A program made the position numbers and the translations under genes. 64,000 nucleotides of DNA from positions 30,541,626 to 30,605,625 of the forward strand of contig CM074516.1 of the NCBI GenBank assembly GCA_037379345.1, in the 5' to 3' direction. Positions within the stretch are counted from its first letter, which is position 1; the number at the start of each line of letters is the position of its first letter. The DNA is from Perna viridis. Its lineage: Eukaryota. Shown here piece after piece: positions 26,239 to 39,491 of the stretch. The notes under the pieces are model-generated. The model worked only from the letters and a program-made list of their open reading frames with translations. It did no database searches and was not told where the DNA came from.

Positions 26239-27966
26239 TCATATTACTGTCAGTTTTCTAAACACAGCCCTACTATCAATTACAAGCAACTCATTGCTGT
26301 GTTTATCATAACAAACTAGCTGAGGACGATTTAAACCATCATCTGTATTTAAGAGAACTTGACAATTATCTCCATCTCTTGAAATAAGTAGCAATTTATG
26401 ATTTTTTCAACTGTCCACACAAATGTTCTGATGTTGGTCCATTGAAATACCTAATGGGCTGAACAAATTTTCATCCTCAAATTTTGAAATGACTCTGTTG
26501 TCAGAACCAAGGACCGTAATTGTATGCTTTGAATGACTTGTAAAGCATATTCTGATGCCATCGGTATTAATGTGAGAATGTCCATCAACAGACCCATCAT
26601 CATATACCTTGTCTATTTTTTCAGTTTGTATGTTAATTTTCATTATGCCTTTCTCAGATACACAAAAGAAAATTTGTTCAGAACTATGTGACAATCCACG
26701 GGCCACTTAATTTGTCTTAAGCTTTCTAATGACTTCACTTTTGTCAACAAATAAGATCAAAATAGTCTCTACTTTAGAATTGGAAACAGCAACTTGGTTC
26801 TCATTGATTACTGTTACATCATAAGCTCCCCCTTTAAAGAAGATTGATGATTTTAAAGAACCATTGGATTGCACTATCTTTACTTCATTATTTGTGTTAT
26901 CAGCAAACACCATTAGTCCATTTGGTAATGTACAACAACCGTAATACTGTCCAATATCAAATGTAAAGTTTTGTTTCAGTTTTAATTGTTTAAGGTGTAT
27001 GGTCTTAGCCCTCATCTGGGCACTATTTTGTTCATCTTTATTAATGTTCAAGTATATTGCCTTCTTTTCTTTTGTCACCTAAAATTCTACAAGAGATTTG
27101 ATTTGTGCTATTGCATTCCTTGCTTTGATGTTTTCTTCAATATGTATTTCTGTATGACTCATAACATCTTTGTAATTGTTTAAGAGTGTCCTCTGTTTCT
27201 CTTATTATGTCATTCTTTATCTGTTTAATGCTAATAAATGTTTGTAAGTTTGTTGCATGTTTTTCATTAAATATTCGAGTCCTAAAATGTTTCCAAGGTT
27301 TCTTTCCCTGTCTCTTAATTTTTTAATGCTGACTTTTCATTTGCATTTTCATTTGTAATGGAATCTAATTCTTTAAGTGTCTTAAATGGCCAGAATATAG
27401 CTGAGATATAGCTGCTCGGGTGTTAAACCCCAACAATCAATCAATCAATCATTTTCAAGACCTTTCAATTGGTCAATTAGTCTTTGTGTTATTTCTTTTA
27501 CTTTTGTGGATATTTCTTCTTTTCTTGTTTGCAGTTCATTAAGATTTTTGTCATTAGAATAAATAGCTTCCACAATCAGTTCCTGAGTTTCCCTTAAATC
27601 CTTCCACATATCCTCAACCATGGCCGATGTTTTGATGTTGTGAATAATTTCGTCAATATCAGGAGTGCCATCACATGTTTTGTGTGCTATAGCTTGACAT
27701 TTCTTACAAAGAGGATATTTATGTGACCTGCAGTAATATTGGTACTTTTCTTGGTGCTCTTCACAAAAGTGTTGAACATTCAGAACAAAGGGAGGTAACT
27801 TGCAATAATCGTCATAGGATATTATGGTATGGTCCCTTGTTGCTTTTTGCACTTGATGTTGTCTGCCACATTGTGCACAAAGAAACTCTTCACAGTGAGG
27901 GCACCACCATTCTGGAACACCATTTTTATTTTGCAGCTCACAGACACTGCAGTTATGGATCTCCAT
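26239..27966 (-). pseudogene. Intronless B-box/coiled-coil/beta-propeller (TRIM/NHL-like, RING-less) pseudogene nested in a NELL intron
   Basis: Two B-box-like Cys/His clusters (CSVC..WCPHCEEFLCAQCGRQH; CEEH..YCRSH...CKKC...HKTC), then coiled coil and propeller repeats ending ...DDGLNRPQLVCYDKHSNELLVIDSRAVFRKLTVI-TGA. Disrupted by a SINE tail (~27384-27450), frameshifts and in-frame stops at 27079-81, 26707-09 and 26407-09. Acceptor 6 nt before the ATG; AATAAA at 26206-26211. Confidence 0.88.
27384..27450 (+). mobile_element. 5'-truncated SINE tail inserted in the B-box pseudogene
   Basis: gaatatagctgagatatagctgctcgggtgttaaaccccaacaatcaatcaatcaatc matches ~4000-4058 and ~62435-62493. Confidence 0.85.
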
Positions 27967-28845
27967 TTATCTCTGAAAGAAAATTTTAAATTTTGATCTG
28001 TTGATTGAAGTGATATATGCTCATTTCCTGATGTTACAACTTTATATAAAATCTAAGTGGCTAAAATAAATATCATTTGTTGAACTTGGCTTTTTAACAC
28101 ATGTTTATGTACCAGAAAAAAATGAATTTATAGTAACACAATGAGGCACAATAAATACATCAAATGGAAGCCTTTTCTCCTAAAAAGGTTATTACTATAA
28201 TACATAATTGTTGTTAATTAGCAAATATTAGTAGTTCATGATGCTGAGGTTCATATAAGAATATATGGACTGGTTGATCACCCATAAAAATTAACTGGAC
28301 CCAGTCATAGCTGAATGAAGTCCATTGAACCCAACACTCCATATATTGCCATATGACCTGAAGTTTTATGAACTATTTGCTATATTATACATTTTATATA
28401 TATTTACTCTGCATCATTTGTGTGGAAGGAAGAATAAACATACATGACTTCTTATATTATGATGTCCTTTTCTTAACTTAATTTCCTACCTGTCTATATA
28501 ACATATGTGGACTGCTAGGTATATCTAAGGAAGTAAACAAATGACCATCTTTAAAGTATAATATTTTTATTCATTTCCTCATTGACAACTTCACTGTAGA
28601 AAATTTTACTTGTAATCAATCTTGAAAACTTGACAGACAGACAAATGATGACAGAATTTTAAACAGAAGCAAAGCAAACTTCAGAAAAAAGGTGTTGAAA
28701 ATTTTCCTACCAGTGTTGCCAATCTCACAGACCCAAATATTTTCTTATGGTAAAACCTTAATGAGAGAATTACAATCATCAGCATATATTATATCCCCAT
28801 AATTTAAAACTCCCTGATACTAATGAAGTTGAAGGATTCAATTTT

Positions 28846-29248
28846 TTAAGTAGCTGTCTTTGTAAGAATCAGGCAAAATCTGAAAAAATGTGATACACCC
28901 CAAAAAAGGCTACATATTTTTATTTTTGTAATTAAGTTGTTTTATGGGTCTGTATTATGAAATGTGTAATTATAGATTCAAATGTACCTGCTCTTTAGAG
29001 ATAATCAATATTAAAAATCTAATAGATTCTATTGTATTTGAGTGTCATTTACAGTTATCTCCCTTAATTTTGAATTTTACAGTGCATTCTATACAATTTT
29101 TATCTCCTATGAGCACAGTTTATATGAAAAACCAAATGTTAATTTCTGTTTACTGAAGCATTTAAAACAAAATATCAAAAATAAAAATATGTAGGCTTTT
29201 AACCCATGAATCACTTTTTGCATGATTCTTAGCTGGAGTGCTACTTAA
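28846..29248 (+). mobile_element. Family A MITE copy 2
   Basis: Same TIRs and body as 18526-18929. Confidence 0.85.
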
Positions 29249-32039
29249 AATCTTTAAATTGATTTTCATTCAGTTTAGAACTGGCTTCTTTCAAAGGTCT
29301 GAATTGCTCACATAGTGAAATTAGAAACCCGGTTAGGTACTGTTATTTGATCAAGCGGAATGAATAGAAAGTCATTCCTGCCAAGTTTGCTAAATAGTTG
29401 AGATATATGTTGAAATGTGTTTCCACATTGGATTCAGTTGCAACTGAGAGTGGCTGTAGCCACTTGCTGAACCACCTGAGCCAAAAAAGAGGATTTTTTG
29501 TAGAGGGCTTTAAGGTCAATAACCCTTTTATGTTATAAAACATTGGCACATAGAAGGATGTTTTTTGTCTTCAACTACTTCCAATTTCCAACAGTTTCCT
29601 AATTTGTTTAAAAAGGGGTCAATAATAAACATTGACTTCAACTTAGTATAAATTACTTATTTCTCATGTCTAAACCCAATTATAGTTTATACCACCTTTT
29701 TTGTTGTCAGAACCTTGTCAAACCTTTCACGCAATCCGAATTTAAAGAGCTACATCAAGTTTGATTATGGTGTCCATACTTATCAAACTGTTTAGGGTTA
29801 GACATCTATGATTATATCAAGCTGCAAAGCATTTCATTTGACAGAGAAATGAACCTATAATTTTTTAGCTGGTAGATTGATTTTTTTTACTTGCTGTATG
29901 TACATCGAGAAGATATATCTACATGTATGCAACATTTTCATCTGAAAAACTTGTGACAAAGATTCTGTTGTAACATAAAATAAGCAAACCATGATGAGAA
30001 ACTTGTATTCTTTCACATTTAGTTGACGTGGTCTATTCACATGAAGTAGAAGTGGTCTATTCAATTTATTTAGATTTTCTTGGATCAGAATCAGTTCATT
30101 GACTTGAGATACACATGGTCTTGTAACTAAAGCATACTTCAGCATAGATAATTTACACTTACTTTCATGCCATGTATCCATAAGTGGCAAATCTATTCCA
30201 GTAACAATAAAATTACCCTTTTTAAATTGTCATGCAACTGTCATGTATTCTAGTAGATACTACATGTGTCTGTAGGTGCGACAATAATGTAAAGACGCCA
30301 AACCTATTGTCAACAGTTTTTTCAAGTGTAAAATTGTCAGAAATATGTACAGTGATATAAATCATTTTGGTAAGAACTGAGTACCACCTCCTAACTTTCC
30401 AAAAGTCATGACATGAAAAACATGTTTCTAGAGATGCCTTGAGTGCTTTAGGTCTACTCTATGGGTGTACCTGATTGCACAGACCAGGTAAACTGTCTAT
30501 TTATGTTACTTTTCTAGGTAGATTTGGATTGTTATACTGAATGCACTGAATCTGTCTTTATTCTTGTTTGTTATGGTAACTTTGATTTCACCATTAATCA
30601 TACAAAGGCTATGGAAATAACCATCCAAAAGCAGACATCACCTTGAATCAGTTTTAGTTCAGTTTTAATCCATGTAAAAGGAATACAAGCCAAGAGCAAA
30701 CAAACACTTCAATCACAAAGTGGTTTGGATTGTGGCGGTTTCCCTGATATTTGGCATTAAACAATCAGAGACTTTTTAATTACTACTTTCTTCAGTGTTT
30801 GTGTTCACTTGATTTTTAACCCAATTGCAGGAAAGAGTTTCAGCATATAAATTGTCAATCCAGTTACTTTCACCAAGGAGATTTGCTGCTACATATATAC
30901 CCCAAGACTTTCAGACCTACTTCAACCTTATCCCTAGTCATTATTCTAACATATTTGACAGAAGTTTGTTTCCTGCAAAGCTTTTAAACATGGAAATTTT
31001 TCTAAAATTAAGCAAAATTAAAGACCTACATACAAATTCTGCTCAAGAACAACTTATAATCAGTGACCATTAGCTTACATTAGATCATACTGTTGTTTCC
31101 TTCATATCTTTTATGGAGCTATTTAATCATTGATGAAAGTTCTGGACAACCTTCTTGTATGTCTAGAATTTCAAAAAAAATACTCCATTGAAAAAGTCTT
31201 TAATGGAAAATTAACGTCTTTAATTCATATTTAAGGTATTACATTCTCAGATTAGTATCTGCATTGTGTAACTTCTTCCACCTTTTCTTTTCATGGTCAC
31301 TATTAAGTATCATAAATTGACATTATAGCACTAGATGGATCTCTCTTAGTCATTTCGGTAAAGACCCATTATTCCAAATTTGATGAAATGTTTACTATGA
31401 GATGAAGTTTGATTGCATTGCAAAATGTCATATAAGTAATAAATATAATGTCTTGGGAAATGAGTGGCTAGACACTATAGCAGAATATTTGTCGGCAGTC
31501 GTGAATAAAATCAATCATATCTTCCAAACTCTGTCAAATCTTAGACTTTTCACAATCAAATTTACTATGAATCATAAGGTGTATTTTTTTGTTGTTTTTA
31601 GTTAATTTTTCCAATTTTGTAAGTTGGTTCCAGAAATGAGTCAGCATGACCTTTCCTTTACCTTGAACTAAGGATGTTGATAAATAGTTCCATATTAACT
31701 GATATATACATACTCAAGGGGAAATAGAATCAGAAAGATGAATGTTTTTGGTTTTTATTAATAATTTATATGTTGTTAAATGCAATGTATAACAATAGCA
31801 TTCTAGTATCCATAACATACAAAGTAGTTGAACCCTTTGCTGTTTAATTTTGAGTTTATGTCTAAACATAGGCAGAATTCTTTAAGGGAGTTAGTAGGGG
31901 TGACATTTGGACACAATTTTCCTGAATTTAATAGACTTAACGACTTTTATGCTCATTAATCATTTAATGCTTTTTGTATGACTGCAAAAATTCAGTTATA
32001 TAATGGTATCATGCAATTTCAGCATTGGCATTGTAGATA

Positions 32040-32575
32040 TTTTGTTTCCAGACAATGAATAATTTGAGTATAAGTGTATAGATCTTCAAAATTTTACCAC
32101 AAGGTGCTATACCACAAAAGGAAGGCTGAGATTGATTTTGAGGAGTGTTGCTCAAACTGTTCAGGAACTAATGGCAAAAAAGTGGTCAAAAACAAGCATT
32201 TCATTATTTCTAGACAATAACTTGACTATAAGTGACAGTATATTTTGTAAAATTGTATCACCAGATGCCATACCACTAAGGAATGGTGTGATTTATTTTT
32301 TTGGATTGTAACTTGTGCTGTTTAGGGTTGAGTAGCCAAAAAAGGAGTCAAAAACAATCATTTTCCTGTTGTTTGGGTAATAACATGACTATTCAGGATT
32401 GGATGTCTTTGAAAACGTACTACAAAGGAAGGCTGGGATTGTTATTGGTCAAATACTTATCCTGTGTCAAATAATCAAAATTCAGAGTAGTATCAAGCTT
32501 GAATGATGTGTCCGTATTTGCCCATACCGGTACTTTTCAGGGTTCTACATATGTGATTATATAGCTGCACCCTAC
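32040..32575 (+). repeat. Degenerate dispersed element with ~165-bp internal tandem units
   Basis: Recurring acaataa..tgactataagtg / aaaggaaggctg.gattg / gtcaaaaacaa.cattt; 3' part (atcaag.ttga....gtgtcc.ta.tt) also at ~29733-29830; similar sequence at ~23735-23880. Confidence 0.55.
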
Positions 32576-32722
32576 ATTTTACATGTATGACTTATTTAAG
32601 GGAAGTGAGTGCATTGAGAGATAAGGTTTGTCATAACCTCCGAGCCCCCTGGATAGAGGCTTGTTCCTTTTCAACAATAACAATTAAAATTAAACGTACT
32701 TTGTATCATTTTTTATTACTAG

Positions 32723-32863
32723 ATATTGACGAGTGTGTCATAGGTATTTCCAAGTGTGCTGTCAAAAGTGTATGTATCAACACGCCAGGATGGTATAAAT
32801 GTGATTGTATCGAGGGGTACCACAGCAGATGGCCAGATAATAACTATGGTAGTCTGTGTGTTG
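32723..32863 (+). CDS. NELL: NELL-like exon, Ca-binding EGF domain (probably EGF5)
   Basis: actag| ... G|gtaggt, 141 nt; DIDECVIGISKCAVKSVCINTPGWYKCDCIEGYHSRWPDNNYGSLCV, with the NELL-type CINxPGWYxCxCxxGYH pattern. Confidence 0.92.
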
Positions 32864-35800
32864 GTAGGTAATATTTTATAGATCTTCCTCGATGTTTATT
32901 TTTTTTTTTATAACAAATGGATAGTAACTAGTCTTATCAAAATTAGACCTTCTAATTGTTCAATATAGCCACTGCATGTTCATGTATGATCTAACAACAC
33001 TCTATTTCACTTCCTGTTCAGATGACCTTTCTTGTTAGTCACTTAGTTTCAGCTTTTGTGATTGTGAAAGCATTATTCAAAGGGAAAATCTAATGATTTT
33101 GAAAAAGTCAAAATTGTCGCAGAATTACCTTTTGGTGTCATAGAAATATTAGGACATCATTATAAACTTTCAATAGGAGGAGAGTTCAGAGTGGAAACAA
33201 TTAGAAAATATATTATCTTCATCAATAAGCATTCACTATTGTGAATCAATCTGTTAGACTGTATATTAACTAGAAGTAGTATGTGTATGGTAGTGTAAAG
33301 CAAATGAATATAGTTTATTTCATTTTATTTCTTCAAGATTCATTTCTAGCCTACCAGCAAAAACTATGCTAAGTGTCTGGTTTTGTTCAATAACAATAAT
33401 GCCTTGTTGGCTGTGAAAGTGGAAGACTATCCTGTCACCCCTCCAATCTGGCTATATCTTATATTTTATATCATTTCAAATAGATAAAAAGTCTTTGCTG
33501 AAAAAGATAATGTTTCCACTATAACGGTATTTCCCAATGAATTATATTTTTTCTTTATTTCATTGTTGATATAGCAGATAATATTTGATAAATGTGATTT
33601 TCATAACTAGAATTAATACTTTTAGAACAGAACTAATGTCTTTTTCTTGAAACAATAGCATACTGATTCTTGTGATGTTAGAGACTGCTCTATTGACCTC
33701 AAATGTGCTCAGTACTGGGGATATTATTATCTGATATCAGACCGTTATCACTAATGTTAATGCTGGTCTGGTCTACATCAGGAAGTCTTTGGAACAAGTT
33801 CCAGCATTATACAATTTTCAGATCTGCATAGGTCCAGGGGAAACATTGCATAACCTTATTGTCTGGATTATACAACATTGTCAATATGCTATAAATGTTT
33901 GCTTTATGACTTATGATAGGACTATAGGAACAGAAAGGGGTTATTTCTCCCCAAAACTTTCTGCACTCTGGGGAAAAAAGGCATAAGACATAAATTTTTA
34001 CAATCATATAAGGAGAATGGATATGGAGACAACACCCTCAGATGGATGAACAATGTCAGCTCAGTGCCATTTATGGGTCTTCAGTGAACAATGACGAAAC
34101 TCTCACATTACTGTGAAGGCTGCAGCTGGTCCCAAAACAACATTATACACAGGTACAGCAAAATAGTTGCCTCTATGTATACTCCAGCAACATAAAAGCA
34201 AACTGAAAGTGAAAAGAAACAATACAAACAGAAGCCAATATTGTGATCACAACCCTCCCCCTATTAAAACTGGCCTCTGTGGAAAAATGTTATGTAGTTA
34301 ATAATTCTATATAAGTACACTGTTCAAAATAAAAAGGGGAGATAACTCCAAGGTTGTGTGTTTCTATCATTTCTTGATTAAAATAATTATTGTGTCACAT
34401 TAAGCCTCACAATCATGGTTTGCATTTTTGTTGACAAAGGGGTAAATAAACATTTTTGAAACCATTGGATCAAACTTAAGCTACTTACAAAAATTAATAA
34501 AATGGAACAAGGAGAAAGAAAATAACCCACTTATGCCACAGTTTTAATAAACACAGGTTACTGGAAAACCACAAAAACAGCTTTTCACAAATAAAAGTAA
34601 TTTCACAATTTTTATTTCTGGTATATTGCAGTTTACCCAGTAATCCTGTTACAGTATAAAAGTAGAAGAGTGTTAGATCACTAGAAGTAATTTTCTTATG
34701 CCTGAACTAGTTGACCTGATTTATCACAATGACCCTAGTATTATATAAGAGAGGAATTATGATTTATCTTGGGAATCCTATATACTGGTTAATTGTCTGG
34801 TCATAGTATCATTTGTTTCCTTATTTACCATCAGATTTACATTATTAATGGAATTTGTGTCTTGTGTGAAAATGACTTTCATATAGAGTAGAGATGGACA
34901 AGAATATTTGTTCAGAATTACAGCACATATAACAATGATGTTCAGGTGGAAGAGTGGGTAATAACAGTCTGCTGATGAACTTTCTCAAACAGTTGACTGG
35001 ACAACTGAAAAGGGATTTAAGCTTCAAACAATTCAACAGATATTGATAGAAAATTGAAATCTCTTTCTCAGTTATCCAGTCAAACACCTAAGAAAGCTCA
35101 TTAGGTGATGGTCATTTAATCAAGGAAAGACCAACTCTAACCCCTGAGACCTGAACATCATCATTGTATAAGCTATAAATACAAGCTCTTAATCACCTTT
35201 TTTTTACCCAGGTCTATCTTTATTTTGGGGGATTTGAGTGAGGAATGTGGATAAAAAAGTGCAATACAAATCATTGCTTCCCTGCTGATTTTTCTTTGAG
35301 AAAGAAACTTACATTGATAACTGTCTGATTTAAACATTTGACAACATGGTTAAAAATGAAAAAAAAATGTTGCCTTTTCATGTGGATGGTTCTTGAGCAT
35401 TTATTTTTGCCTGCATAACCAAAGGTGATAGCATGTCTATATCTTTCTGCCTGTCTGTCCGTCATGATGTTTGTGTTAAGGGTAACTCAAAAACCATAGA
35501 ATCATTATTATTCAAACTTCGCACCATGTGTACTTCCTATTATGGCGATATTTAATAAATGTTTTCATACATTTTCAGCATTTTGAAATTAGCTATTTTT
35601 GTCACACTATGTTGTGAATGGTACCTACTTTGTGTAAACTCTAACTGAAACAATACTCAACATATATATTTTCTTAGGAATTATCCCTCATTCAACATTG
35701 ATAAATGGCTTTCTTGTTACGAAATGGATATAAACTTGATACAAATTATTTTGCTGTACATGTATTATAACCTAAAGTTCAAAAGGTTGTTAGGTTTAAA

Positions 35801-35939
35801 AAAACATGGGCATTATGATGTAAAAACATTAACATCTCAGTCAGATGTTTCTACTATGAAAATAATATTTTTCTAAGATTTCAAAGTGCAGCATTTAACA
35901 AAGCAATAATATATACTAACATATCTTCAACTCTAAGAA

Positions 35940-36341
35940 TTAAGTACCAGTCCATATAAAATTCAGACACTGTCCCTATTGAAGTGATTCATGATGAAGA
36001 ATAACCCACCAATCTAAGAATGCTTTTTCTATCTACATATGCTATATTTTTAAGAAACAGTTGTACTTTCCATATTCAGATCTGCACTTTTGAGAAAATC
36101 ATATATTTATCTCCCACTAAAATCAACCAAATCGAACAAAATCAGGGACGATAACTCTTGCAAAGTGCTGACTTCATGTACAATCTATATAAATTTTATT
36201 TTAAAAGTGCAACACCCAAATGAAAAAAGACTGGTTATGTGGTCTATGACAGTTTCTGAACAAGAAATAAAAGTGAATTTGGTGGGTTTTTGACATGCAT
36301 GAATCACCTCCAGTCTGATTTTTGCAAAGACTGATACTTAA
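35940..36341 (+). mobile_element. ~400 bp TTAA-bounded MITE-like element, family B copy 2
   Basis: Imperfect terminal inverted repeats TTAAGTAcCAGTC...TCAGAC / GTCTGA...GACTGaTACTTAA. Confidence 0.78.
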
Positions 36342-37518
36342 TTTATATTCAAGAGTCCTTGAAAATAAAAATGCATAATCAAAGAGTAATGCAAGGTAAT
36401 ACTGCATATAGATATGATCTTGTGCCATATTTTTCACCTTTGAAATTGATTTTTAATACTTCGAAATGAATTTTGAATTGCATCAATTTATGTTAAGGAC
36501 AACCACAAAGAAACTGGCACAGTTACATATTGTAAGAACAGATAAAGTACTTGAGATGGTGCTAACAGAGCACTATTTAACCAGTCTGACTGCCTGCACT
36601 ACTTCTGAAATAAAAACAATATTGAGATATTATAGTTCAAAGAAAAATATATATCATTACATTACATTAAATGTATTAGTCCTGAAAAATAAAACAAATG
36701 TTTGGTGCATGTATTTTTTATTTTTTAATATTATTTTATGATAACTTTTAATTATAATTTTGTAATCTTAATATTGTAAGAAAAATATATTTGAGCAAAC
36801 AGGGTGAGTGTTTCACATTAGAACTTAAATTCTGATCTGATATGGAAGCCTTAAAAATAAAAAAAATCTTGTTTGCAAAATCACTGAAATCTGTGAGCCA
36901 CAGTTGGTTCCTGGAAGCCTTCATAATTACTAGACTCCAACCTATATTGGTAACAGACTGTTTGTAGTAAGCACAATCAATCATTCATTTCAGTATGAAA
37001 CAAGGAGATATTTACCTCTACGGGGGTTGTGTGTTATCCACAACAAGGCCATCAATTGACATAAACACTTGAGATTCCTCAATTTTTTTCTAGATCAAAG
37101 AAAAACTGACAAAGATTAAAGGATTTTGCCACCAGTTTGGCATTGAAATGTGTGAGAGTGGATAGAGACCTGTCTGATGATATGAAACAGAAGTTTCTTC
37201 TCTTATTCAAAGGGAGATAACTCAGTTTTTTCAAATGTAAATTATGTTAGGTTTTTATTCACCATTTATGTTGTTGTTTTCATTTTGTTTACAAGAAAGC
37301 TCTGGAAATATGGGCATTAAAAAACATGGTGCCTTAAATAGGGTTTGTATATTATTTTGGATAACTACACTTTACAGGCACTGAATGAGCTTATAAGGTA
37401 TATCTTGAATAGTGCCATCGTATCATTTGTGTCTTATAGTTGACAAAATTCTTGAAATCTAACCTTTCCTTGAACTTTATGCAGTTTAAAAATAAAAAAT
37501 CTCATTTCACTTTTTTAG

Positions 37519-37635
37519 ATATAAATGAGTGTATTGGTGAGGGAGGTGGTCATAGTTGTCATGAATCAACAGAATGTGTAAACACTGAGGGTGGATATCA
37601 ATGTGTGTGTAACCTGGAGACACCATGTGTTGGAG
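37519..37635 (+). CDS. NELL: NELL-like exon, EGF domain (probably EGF6); 3' end and donor are tandemly amplified
   Basis: ttttag| ... G|gtaagg, 117 nt; DINECIGEGGGHSCHESTECVNTEGGYQCVCNLETPCVG. Confidence 0.88.
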
Positions 37636-38106
37636 GTAAGGAATGTGTGTGTAACATGGAGACATCATGTTTTGGAGGTAAGGAATATGTGTGTGTAACC
37701 TAGAGACACCATATGTTGGAGGTAAGGAATGTGTGTGTAACCTGGAGACACCATGTGTTGGAGGTAAGGAATGTGTATGTAAGCTGGAGAAACCATGTGG
37801 TGGAGGTAAGGAATGTGTATGTAACCTGGAGACACTGTGTGTTGGAGGTAAGGAATGTGTGTGTAACATGGAGACACCATGTATTGGAGGTAAGGAATGT
37901 GTATGTAAGCTGGAGACACCATGTGTTGGAGGTAAGGAATGTGTATGTAACCTGGAGACACTGTGTGTTGGAGGTAAGGAATGTGTGTGTAACCTGGAGA
38001 CACCTTGTGTTGGAGGTAAGGAAGGTGTGTGTTACCTGGAGACACCATGTGTTGGAGGTAAGAAATGTGTATGTAACAAGGAGACACCATGTGTTGGAGG
38101 TAAGGA
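37600..38106 (+). repeat. 42-bp tandem repeat x12 spanning an exon end and its splice donor
   Basis: Unit AATGTGTGTGTAACCTGGAGACACCATGTGTTGGAG|GTAAGG; unit 3 is 44 bp. Confidence 0.96.
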
Positions 38107-38738
38107 AAGAAAAACAAGATGGAGGTCTTTAGATAGTTAACTCTGGATGGAATCCATCTGATTGTGTCTTAATGTTATTAACTTGTTACAATACATGTAT
38201 TATAATTTGTTCATTCCTGTCATTTTATTACAATTCTAGCCTTTAAAACAAACAATAACTACTTTCATGAACAAACACTTTTTCATTTCATTTTTTTTAT
38301 AAATGCAATAGGGGATACATGTACTAGTATTTCATGTGAACATTTTTCATATATTTGTAGATCACAATGTGGACATATTTGGTAGAATGAAAACAAGATC
38401 TAACTTTCTACAATTTTAAGATAATTTTCAAAACTTTCTTAGCTAACATTTCAAAAACATGTATTTTGGAATTGTACAAAACAAAAATGGAACAGTTTTT
38501 TTAGACAAAATAAATCGCAGATCTCTACATTATCTGCAATATATACATTTTCTTATTATTTTCACCACCAGATTTCATTTTCTCATGCTGCTGCCATGTT
38601 ACTGAAAAATCGATGGAATGAATTTTCTAACTGGACCATTACTAATAAAAATCTGCCTTGCTTTGTCTCTGGACTTGCACGACTGTTTTCATTCTGTATA
38701 TTTAACCCACTTCTATTGAAATCAATCTATATTTACAG

Positions 38739-38821
38739 ACTGTATGAAGTATGGCGAGTACCACAGGAACAATACAAAATGGATGGACGATGAAGATAAA
38801 TGTATACAGTGCTCCTGTAAG
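38739..38821 (+). CDS. NELL: NELL-like exon, start of a VWC domain
   Basis: ttacag| ... AAG|gtatgg, 83 nt, phase 1-0; DCMKYGEYHRNNTKWMDDEDKCIQCSCK. Confidence 0.88.
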
Positions 38822-39491
38822 GTATGGATGTATACAAATATATGTATACAGTGCTCCTGTAAGGTACAGATATGTACAATAATAAGGTATTGTAAAAAAA
38901 TACAGCATGTTAGTGTCTGAGGCTGAGGAATGGGTTATGGATGATTTTATATACTGTTCCTGTGTCAGGAATGAATAAATATAAATATATAATGTCACTG
39001 TGTAAGGTATCTGAAGCTTCTATTTTACTTCAATATTAGCTTGAGTCAAATTTAATGTCACCATATTTCCAACAAATTATATCAATATATGTACTTAGAA
39101 AGTAAAAGAACAAAGACTAGACAAAGAAAATACAGATAAATTGAGGAACAACATGTACCAATAGGAAACACTGAGAAAACTTAGGTATATCATGAGCAAC
39201 TGAATGCAATGGCAGTGTAACATTTATGCCAGAATTTTTTTATTTTTTATTGTAATATTTGAACAAGATTTATAAATTCTACAACTTGTAACTATGAGAT
39301 AGATATTGTGTTTTTAAAGCCTATGTTTTGTACTCAGAGACATGTATTTGAAAACAGGTTTGAAGAATAGAATGAAGTATTCCTATGTAGCTGTTCTTTT
39401 GAATAATTTTAATTTACAGGCGGAAGTAAACATAGCAGGACAAAACAAGAGTTACGAACCAAGAAATTATTTTTATTTTCTTATTTATTAG

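Noticed and set aside
26407-27078. Stop-codon readthrough or selenocysteine recoding of the B-box gene
   Set aside because: The stops are mixed TAG/TAA/TGA and come with frameshifts and a SINE insertion, so decay is the simpler explanation
37165-37200. CTGATGA-tat-GAAAC hammerhead-like core
   Set aside because: No complementary stem I and essentially no stem II
37691-38140. 149-aa Cys-rich metallothionein-like ORF and the His-rich antisense ORFs
   Set aside because: They arise from the 42-bp repeat, are out of frame with or antisense to the NELL exon, and have no independent gene structure
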